A stretch of DNA of 64,000 nucleotides from Octopus vulgaris. Its lineage: Eukaryota. Under the pieces are notes generated by a model. That model had not been told where the DNA came from and made no database searches. It worked only from the letters and a program-made list of their open reading frames with translations. The translations under genes were made by a program, and so were the position numbers. How positions within the stretch are numbered: the stretch's first letter is position 1; the number at the start of each line of letters is the position of its first letter. Location of the stretch: NCBI GenBank assembly GCA_951406725.2, contig OX597815.1, positions 201,066,001 to 201,130,000 of the forward strand. The letters run 5' to 3'. Below, one piece after another: positions 53,905 through 64,000 of this stretch.

Positions 53905-55964
53905 AATACAAATAACGAAGTTGAACAGTATGACAGAGGAAGACACATCAATGGGGCTGTTAGGCGCATCTTCAATTTTCCCATTCATGAAAAGTACACA
54001 GCCATCATTTAACTGGATGTCCATCTAGAGTTTGGCCATCGGGTAATCTTTACAAAAGAAGCATCCTTGTAACATGCACTTTCTCCAAAAGGAACCGTCC
54101 TTACTGACATTTTAAGTTGAGTCAAGTAGATGAAGATACAAGAAAACTCCTGTACCCACAAGTACCCAAATATTACACATGGAGAAACGATAACTGGCAC
54201 AAGAGGAAACGTGGGACTACGGCTCTCGCAAGAATCTGCAGTGTCCACCGAAACCTAGTAGAATGCGACTACTTGTGGCTCCTTTAGCATGAAATACGAG
54301 GTCCCACATAATTCCAAGTTTCGAGTAGTAGGGTAAATAGTCATGTGTTTGAAACTCATAGGGATGTATCCTATCAACAAGGTGTTTTAGAAAATAATGA
54401 GACTGGGGAATGTGCATGGACTGAAGCATGAGTATCAGATTTTCCAACGAAACTCCGTAACTTTTTTCAAACTATACGGAACATATCTCAATTTGGTAGT
54501 CCCCTAAAACTTTTGACGAAACATCCTGAAGACACAGTTGAGGACTTTAACTATTCAGTTCAACAGGCAATCCTATATATCAGTATTTAGTTCTCTGAAA
54601 CAATTTGTACCCAAGCACTGATTGAAATTGAATGAATATAAACGTAAATGTCTTCGACGTTGCGCATATGATAAAGTTACTTCGTCAGTCGGAGAAAAAA
54701 GAGGAATTTTCTTGACTCTTCTGGTAGCATAGGGAAAATATTTGTAACAACATTGCTTCTCTCCAAAGTAGGGCAGCAGAAAAGAAGTGTAGTTGCTGTA
54801 ACAACGTCTGTTATTGATGCCACCATTCTCCCAGAAGGGAAAATAGCTCATTCTGCTTTTAAATTAGAGCTAAACCTGGTCCCAAATGGCAGTCCAATTT
54901 GCAACATAAGAAAAGAATCAGGTTCAGCAATTGCCACCTGATAATTTGTGATGAATGAAACGTCACATAGAGGTGAAATGGAAGCTATTGATTAAACCTT
55001 AGAGGACATAAGAGGTAACAATAAATCTATGGGAGGAGCTACATTAGTTTCATCAGGAGAATTCAGTCAGCTATTACCAGTCATTCCGAGACGAACAAGA
55101 TCTGATGAAATAAAAACATGCATAAAGTCTTCACAAAAGTACAGAAATTCTCTTTCTATACTAACGTGCGAGATTTATTACATGGAGACCAATGGGCAGA
55201 AAAAAGTTGTCAACCTGGCTCCTCCAATTAGGAAATGGGAATGTTCTATTTGAAATCATTTTGGCTCGTGTTGCTCTCATGATGAATTCCCCATCTGAAC
55301 TGAAGTACAGGGTATTTCCAGACTTAAGTAATAAATACAAATTCACATAAATGGTTGTGTGAGAGGGCAATTCTTGCTCCAAATAATGAGACAGAAGCAA
55401 TGATTGACCATGAATTAATGAATAAGATTCCAACAGTCATTAAGGAGTACAAATCAGTTGATTCAGTCCTTGATGAAAATCAAACTCTATGTTAAACAAC
55501 AGAGTTCTTTAATTCCCTTGAGCCACCTGTAACTCCTTTACATAAAGATTTCTGAAAGTAGGAGTCCTAATAAAGTTTCTAAGAAATTCAGATCCTCATA
55601 AATTATGCAATAGGATAACGTTGATTGCGAATACATTATCACCTAATGTGATAGAAGCTACCATGATATCATTGGATGTTCGTTCGAGGAAGAGGTTTTA
55701 ATTCCAAGGATTCCAACCATACCAACGGGCCTACCGTATGAGTTCAATTGAACACAATAACCAATGCAACTTTGCTTCGCAATGTCTATTAATATAGATC
55801 AAGGTCAGGTTTTGAAATGTACTAGATTCCACTTAATTGAGACTTGCTTTTCTCGTGGTCATCTTTATGTTGGTTGCTCCAGGCTTGGTAGTTTGAAAGA
55901 CTTATTTTCCTATGCTCCAAACCAGAGAAGAACGAACGTTGTTTACCCAGAAGCTCTTACGTAA
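53905..55964 (+). mobile_element. Decayed Helitron Rep C-terminus and PIF1-family helicase
   Basis: RIFNFPIHE..VHLEFGHRVIFT, LLYPQVPKYYTW, IRGPT, decayed Walker A (LDSSGSIGK), AHSAFKL, MGG.TLV.SGEFSQLLPVIP, IPRIP, LCFAMSIN..QGQ, CFSRGHLYVGCSR, TNVVYPEAL*. Confidence 0.92.
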
Positions 55965-56061
55965 TTTCCTTCAACATATGGGGCGTCTCTCTTCATAAAA
56001 TTGGCAGATTTTGTATTTTCATTTATAATTAATTTTATTATTATTATTAATATCATTATTA

Positions 56062-56667
56062 ATGCCCGACTCCTAGGGCAAAGAAACTCATAGTATAAAT
56101 TGGTAGGCCATTAACCCAAACTCAGTAGTTCGTTGATTTTTTTTTTTTTTTTAAGTTAAATTAAAATACATGAGCAGCAACAGTTCTCACATCGACAATG
56201 CTCTTCTCAATACGTGTGATGTACCAGTTAAGACGATCTTTTGCACTTCTTGCTGGGATGGTAAGCCAGGGATCATTCTCATATAATTTTCGGTTCCCTT
56301 CTTGATCATTCCTAGTGCTCCTACGATCACTGGTATTGTAACCGCCTTGAGATGCCACATTTTCTCAATTTCAATGAGTAGATCTTTATATTTTCTGAGC
56401 TTGTCAAACTCTTTCGCTGAGATATTATGATCACAGGGGATGCTCATGTCGATCAATAAGCACACTTTATTGTTTTGGTCTTTCACAACAATATCTGGTT
56501 TATTGGCCTTGATGGTTCGGTCTGTATGTACTGGAAAATCCCACAGAATGGTTACATTTTCTCCTTCAGTTACAGCCTCAGGGTGGTGATTATACCACTT
56601 GTCGGCAGTTTTGATATGTAATGCCGACTTATTAGCCAGTGGAGATATTGGCCAACTCTGTCATGTC
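56062..56667 (-). mobile_element. R4/Dong LINE 3' end with restriction-like endonuclease domain, in a (TAA)n array
   Basis: RHDRVGQYLHW, ILWDFPVHTDRTIKANKPDIVV, LLIDMSIP, KEFDKLRKYKDL, IPVIVGALG, QKIVLTGTSHVLRRALSM*. Confidence 0.93.
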
Positions 56668-56771
<104 letters not shown>

Positions 56772-56834
56772 GCTATTATTATTATTGCTATTATTATTAT
56801 GGCTATTATTATTATTGATATTATTATTGTTCTT

Positions 56835-57118
56835 ATTCTGAAAGACTCTCGGATAGTTCTTAATTACCGGGTATTCTTTTCTTAGAAGCAGGCAATAACA
56901 AATCGCCAAAGGTTTCAAGTAGTACCTTTTCCTGTGACACAAAGGGACAATACTTTCCTTATAATGCGAGCTGTACCTAACATTGCTGTCTTCTGGATCA
57001 CCTCGAGCCAGACAGCAGCTCCAATATCCTTAATATATTTTTCAACGCCCTTGGAAAGTGCTCCTAATGCTCCAATTACCACCGGTTTCACCATTACATT
57101 CCTCATGCCCCATAACTT
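56835..57118 (-). mobile_element. Second, distinct R4/Dong LINE 3' end in the same array
   Basis: PVVIGALGALSK..IQKTAMLGTARIIRKVLSL followed by a different 3' UTR. Confidence 0.88.
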
Positions 57119-57195
57119 TTACTATTTTTTATCATTATTATTATTCTTATTCTTATTATTCTTATTATTATCATTATTATTATTATTATTATTAT

Positions 57196-57315
<120 letters not shown>

Positions 57316-59582
57316 TGCTGTTGTTTATTTTGTATTATGATTTCAGAATTAATTTCCAAATTTAAGAATAAATTGTATCCCAATTGAAGCATAAATTGAA
57401 TTTCGAATACATTTTTATATAACATATTTTTCTTTTTTTCTTTCAATATAATAGAAAAAATTTAATTCCCAGTCAACACCGTTTGCCTCAACTACTCAAA
57501 AGAATAAAAGTATAAAATAATTACCACATCGTGAATAACACTGAAATACTGATACCCTTTAGGCGCTTTACTTTTCTCTCGAATTTAAAGCATAAAACCT
57601 TAACCACTGACCTAATACACCGCACTGAAGATTATGAACATTAATTACCTTAATACTATCCGTGATGAGAAAACAAATTCTATCTACTATCAGTTACCAG
57701 GTTAGGACACCTGTATATTTTATCATATTATACCATGTATATTTACCTCAATCTTTTACCATTTTTTTTCTGGCTCCGTATTCGTTTACCTGCTAAAATG
57801 CATATATCCATGCATTTTTTGGTAAGCAAAAACCCAATCGTAACATGTAACATCGCTTTAAAATGATGCTGACAAGCGAGGTTAAGGCGTGTTGTGTTAG
57901 GTTTTAGAATAAATAGTGGTTTTTTTTTTAGTGATCTTGAATACTATAACTACTTTATTAAAAAATCATAAATCATAATTTATGGTTTTAGAAATATTTC
58001 AAAAATATTGATACTTATATTAAGAATTGCGAAACAGATTCATAAAGGATCCTTAAAATATTTAGCTTTCGTAATTTTTGTCGTGTAGAATTATGATGTT
58101 ATATCTGGAATGTACTGGATAGTGGTCTGTCTGTATGATACAGTTTCATATTATTTAATATTTCTCTTCACTCCATAGGAACATTTCTGTATTATTTGCA
58201 CAACAAATTTTTTCGAGTACAAATTTGGTGGCTAGGTAAGTGCAGAAAACATTTCTACATACTAATGTTGCCAGATATATTTTAGGAGTTGAAATGCCAT
58301 GGATTGTATTAATTCATGTCAGAATATCCTTCACATAGCTATCTTTTATAATTTACACCGTAGGAACTGTTGATAGCCATTCTAGTATATTAAGCGGTGT
58401 TGACATGCATTTATTTGCAAACGAAAATTCTCTCTGTTCTGTTGCACTTTTCAGTCCGCAAATGTTCATAAGTACCAGAAAAATTATCCAAATTAATTTT
58501 CATCGTTGCTATTCATATAATTCTTATTAATAACTATATTATCTATAGACGTAAATAACTATTAATCAGTGACACTTCGTTTTGGGACGCTATAAATTTG
58601 TGTTCAGTGGGATTTTACGTGCAACAGATGAAAAAAAAAATGTCTACATTTGTCTTAGTGTATACCAATCACTACCAATCAGAGCAGAACCATGAGAAAA
58701 TATAAGCATTGTAGAATGTTCATTTGTAAGACGTAATATATGAAGACGTAACCAAATTTGCTTTATTGCCAAAAATTTATATAGTACAAAGGCTATTTCT
58801 AAAATATCAGGATTTTTCTAGCTAAATAAATTTGTGATTGGATAAAAGAATAATTTCGAAAACAAGTGTTGGCTGAGCGGTGAAATTTTGTTTTACTGAT
58901 GCTCGATAGTAAATAATCTATCTATAAGACGATCTGATGTTTGAAAACGACGTTGTTTTGGCACAATAGGATACGAATACCCAATCAACAATGTTCAACA
59001 CGCTCACAGTAATAGAATATACTTCTTGAGAAACTAAAGCAAACTAATCATGAAAACATGAATAGCAAGTGACAAATATCATCAGTAACCTTTGTAATTA
59101 ACGATTACATCTTGGGATGCAGACGATTTTTTTTATAGAAGATTTTTTTCAAATTTAAATCTTTATTTGAACAACATCTTTTTTGCTCGTGTGGCTGCAA
59201 ATTCAAGAAATGTTCGAGATTATTGATTTCGCAGCCACACCAGTTTTTTCACTGTCTGCAGTGCTATTTAAGACAATATTCCAATCTGTCAACTTCGTAC
59301 ATCGTTGGTGCAGCGGCACTCACATTTGCCTAGCATTTGTTTTTGTTTTAAAAAGATAATTCATACTTAGACGTTTATCATATAAAATCAATACGTACAG
59401 ACGTATGGAAATTTCGACATTCAAATATGCTACATAGCATGACACAAAATCAAAGTCACATGAGCAAAAAATTTTCCTTGAAGTAAACTAGTAAAAGATA
59501 TTCGTATAACAATAGAAACTTGGAAATCTATGCTTCCCTAGCAATATTTATATATGCGAATAATATGCACACACACACACGC

Positions 59583-59664
<82 letters not shown>

Positions 59665-60108
59665 TTACACTCATGCACACGTAAAAATATGCGTGTATGA
59701 CTATGACACAACAATAGTTCAGATAAGTTCACTGTGTAAATTGTCGATGATCTGTTTTTTAATGACTAAAATAGGATAAAACATATTTTGTTTGAGATAT
59801 GAGTATACAGGATTCTCGAAACTTTGGGGTATTTTGTAAAAAAAAGTAAGCGTAGACTCACAGACATACGCACACATTCATGCATATATACATAAATATA
59901 GACATACGTATATGCATACATATAAGTATATATGTGTGTCTGTTTATCTATACATATAGGCATCCTCATCATCATCATCACCATCATCATCTCGCTGTCT
60001 CTCACTCTCTGCGTATATATATATATATATATATATAGCAAGGGAGAGAGAAAAAATTATCACAAGGATGATGATAATCTGTATTATATGTGTGTATGTG
60101 TGTGTGTG

Positions 60109-60147
<39 letters not shown>

Positions 60148-62701
60148 GTGTGTGTGTGTGAGTGTTAGTTCGCGAATTATTTTATTTTGTCTCCCCGGCG
60201 TTTATATGTTCGTTTCCATAATGTTCATACGTTCCAAAAAGCTGTTATTTAGTATTATAAAAAAACAGGATTTGTCGTCTTTGATTCAGAGCGTTCAGCC
60301 ATAGTTTTAGGGGTGCAGGATTCAATTGCCTGTGGAGGCCTGTTAGCCACATATTTTCTCTTTTCTAAATAGGATACTTACCCAATTGTTTAAGCTGTCC
60401 TAGCAATCTTCTTGCATTCGTGAATTCCTGTAGAGATAGACAGTGATAAAGATAGTCTTGTAAAAGTAGGTGGAAGGAAATTATTATTTATGGAGCATGT
60501 CTAATACATATAAATGTATAATGTAATCCAAATAGGGATTTATGACGCCATGCATATATTTCTATATGCAAATTGCCATCTAAGTACACTTCTTAAAATC
60601 ACGTTTTTGCATCGTAAATTTTTATTGCCATAACTGCTCAACGAATAAAATTTTATAGCCGGCTACCTGCACCGGGTTTTCATAACCTGGGTGAAGGAAT
60701 GTGAGCTTAATTATGGGATTTATCGCAGAAATAATTGGTGACTATTCAACATGGTACTTGCGTAACTGTTCTTCGACATATGCAACCATACACGTACACA
60801 CCCATTGTTAAACAAAGGAGAATTATCCTGGAAATCTCCTGGAAATTTGAACAAGCAGTCGTAGTTCAATGAAAGTTTTGGAGGGATTTTCAAACGTATT
60901 TACTTGAGCAATTGGAAATCAATTTAAATCAGATGGAACTATGTGGCAGAGCCAAATAAAAATTTTCGGAAGACTGTAGATATCGAAGCGTCATGAAATA
61001 GTACTACAAATGTCGTACTATATTTCAAGAAAATACTTGCATCAAGTAAATTTCAAATTCATTGACACTGAGTTAACTCACCATACAGAAATTCCCTGGA
61101 GAATCGGATCGTCTTCTATTCTGAACATATAACTACCCTTTCTTATTACACGCTATATTTGTACCTGGTACCGCAACTGCATTTGAGGATTTCATCTTAA
61201 CTTACATTTATTATCAGAATTCGGGATACAGTGAAGGCACGGTGAATTCGTTTTCGTCTTTTCATATCTCCCAACAGAATCAATTTTCTCTTGCATATGG
61301 TAAAGATGTTAAAGCAAAAGTATTGCAGTACTGCAACTCAAATTTCATCTGGGGTTTATAAATGTTTTACCAATTTGTTTCATTGAAAAACTCCATCAAA
61401 GTATCTATCATATTTACCGTATTGACGATGGACACTATATATTCCGTAACCGACAGTTTTTCTTCATATACAAAACTGTTTAGTTTAGAGTAACCTTTTC
61501 CTGGTGGAGATTTTTAGATTCCGATTGTCTCTTCAGTATGACTGTTAAACCCATTGCACTGCAAGATGCCATGACGGAATCAAAAGATCAAAATTTGGGT
61601 ACAAGTGTTGAGCATTGCTTTGTTATGACAGAAAATCCTGTTTTATTCAACATCTTGCTCGTTGTCGAATGCAATATGAATTCCATGAAACTAGCCTTCA
61701 AAGCCATTACGAAAGCCACAGCAAATTTCAGTGCGTAATGAGTAGACTCTAGTATGTCTCATTGCTTAAGTACTATTTTCAAAATATATTGTTGGGAGTA
61801 AAATCTAGATTGAATCCCATCTGATTCATTCTTCCACTAAGCATATTCAATATCACAAAAACGATGTTTTACTGTAAAGCTTTCATTCTTATAGGCTTTC
61901 TCTCTAATGCTGGACACTTGTAATCTTTACATTTTTTTTTCATTTAATAATGTCTGGACTTTCTCATCATTTTCATGAAGACCGTCGTCTTCTCCATATT
62001 TTCTTTTCCGTAAACAAAGAACTGTCGTTTGTAAACGCCATAGAAAGACGTTTTTTACAGTTCTCAAGTGTCTTTGAATTGAATATTGCCTTTTCTCTTC
62101 AACAACTCCTCATTAATAGCATTATCATTCAGGGAAGTCCGATATAATTCTTTTAGCCACAGTATTAGTATTTACATTTGTTACATTTGATTTAAAAACC
62201 AACTTTGCACAAGCAAGCAGATTGTCAGTCCAGTATTCAGCTTCCAACGTGACGCAGAAACTGCACACATCACAGATAGCATGGGTCAAGCTCACCGATA
62301 TGACACTGATTCGAGCGTGGATGCATCGATAATTCATATTTACCCTCTGCTGGTACATGATATTCACTATTCACAAACTCCACTTTTGAAATAATAGCAG
62401 CGATAATAATCCATTAATATTTCACTTTTCCATTCCGTAGTCTCTCAGCCTCAAAATGTGAGTCACCAAGTATGACAACTTAATCAACATAAAGAATCTT
62501 TCGGCTCCACACATCCAGGTAAAGAATTAGTTTTGAAAAAATATTTATATGCATCGTATAAAAATATCTACATGCTCTGCCTTGCAAAATAAATGGAGTT
62601 TTGTCAGTTTCTTTTGGGAAGCAATTATTTTACCAAACCCAAATATAACAGGGTTGTTTCTGATAGCAATGAAATTTTATTGTGAATATTCACTTAACAC
62701 A

Positions 62702-62880
62702 AGGCGGCACACTGGTAGTATTGCTAGCATATCTTAGTGGAATGTCGTCCATTTGTATGCTTTGAGCTCAAATTCTGCTGAGGACGACACTGCCTTTCAT
62801 TTTCTTGGTGTCTGTTAAATAGTACTAGGGTTGATATAATGGACTTACATCCTACATTGAAATTGTTGGTCTTCACCAAA
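62702..62880 (+). mobile_element. SINE family 2, degenerate
   Basis: GGCGGCACACTGGTAG head; GAGCTCAAATTCTGCTGAGGACGACACTGCCTTTCAT core. Confidence 0.7.
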
Positions 62881-63181
62881 CTCTGAAGCCAATATTCACT
62901 GAACACGCGCATACACACGCACGTACACACACAAAGTCACGCAATTATATATATATATATATATATATGTATGGGCAGATATAAACAGAGGATACAAACG
63001 TAACTGAACAATTAAGAATTTCGTTTCACTGTTAAGCGCCTGCATTTGTATGTTTTTATTTCTTTTAAAAACCAAAACCCCAGTTTGGCCGAAGTCTGTT
63101 TAAACACCCGAGTAGCCGGTTCTTTGACGGATAGATTACACGATTATTACATATAACCAGCGAATTAAAAAGAATGTGTTG

Positions 63182-63284
<103 letters not shown>

Positions 63285-63813
63285 GTCCTACAGGCGTAAC
63301 AAAATACATTAACGCCAACTTTTGAGTAAGTATTATTGTCGACAGAACACTTGTACTTCGAATGCGTATCCGTATAATAAAACAGGCATAAGCGTATGCA
63401 CATGATTTTTATGTGTAAGTATGTTCCATTTCAATATATATAAATATCAGTATATTCACATAAAATATTTTCATTGTATCTCTGTACAATTAATACACAA
63501 GTTTCACGGCTAACTCAGTTTGACTGAAACACCGAAGTCATTCGTCAAACATCAGGTTTCAGATTAGAAACAGTATTTTGTTATTTAAATAGACGTAGGA
63601 ACAAATATTTGTTCTCAATTGTTATTTAAATTAATATAGTGAGATGGATTAGCTTATTATTACCTAATATATAAATTTCCGGCATATGAGTTACATAATG
63701 TTTTCGTGTATATTCAAACAAAATTTATAAGTACTCAATCACACTTTTCTGTCAACATATCATATGCCTAATTTATCAATCAATCTATTTACTTAAATGT
63801 GTGTTTCTTTCTC

Positions 63814-63903
<90 letters not shown>

Positions 63904-64000
63904 CGTATGTATATATAGATTTATATATATATGTATATGTATATATATATATATGTATATATAGATGTACATATAGACATCTTTACATATGTATATATAT

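Overview
AT-rich, microsatellite-saturated animal DNA with no confidently identifiable intact host gene (intergenic or intronic). The SINE families, repeat style and LINE set look most like an octopod cephalopod (Octopus); this is an inference from recall, not a database result. Almost all ORFs in the supplied track are microsatellite artefacts. Recognisable content: three tRNA-headed SINE families (several with target-site duplications), decayed CR1/L2-type, RTE and R4/Dong LINE fragments, a mariner remnant, two Helitron Rep/Hel remnants plus a complete non-autonomous Helitron, and a probable Chapaev-3 remnant. The strongest signal is about a dozen minimal type-I hammerhead ribozyme (HHR) motifs carried by short non-coding elements that are mostly bounded by (TA)n and often palindromic (Penelope pseudo-LTR / retrozyme-like). 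One three-copy family has a non-canonical CUGUNGA core. There is also an apparent local SINE 3' transduction (19.8 kb to 50.7 kb) that copies 43 nt of flank exactly. All alignments and folds were done by eye.
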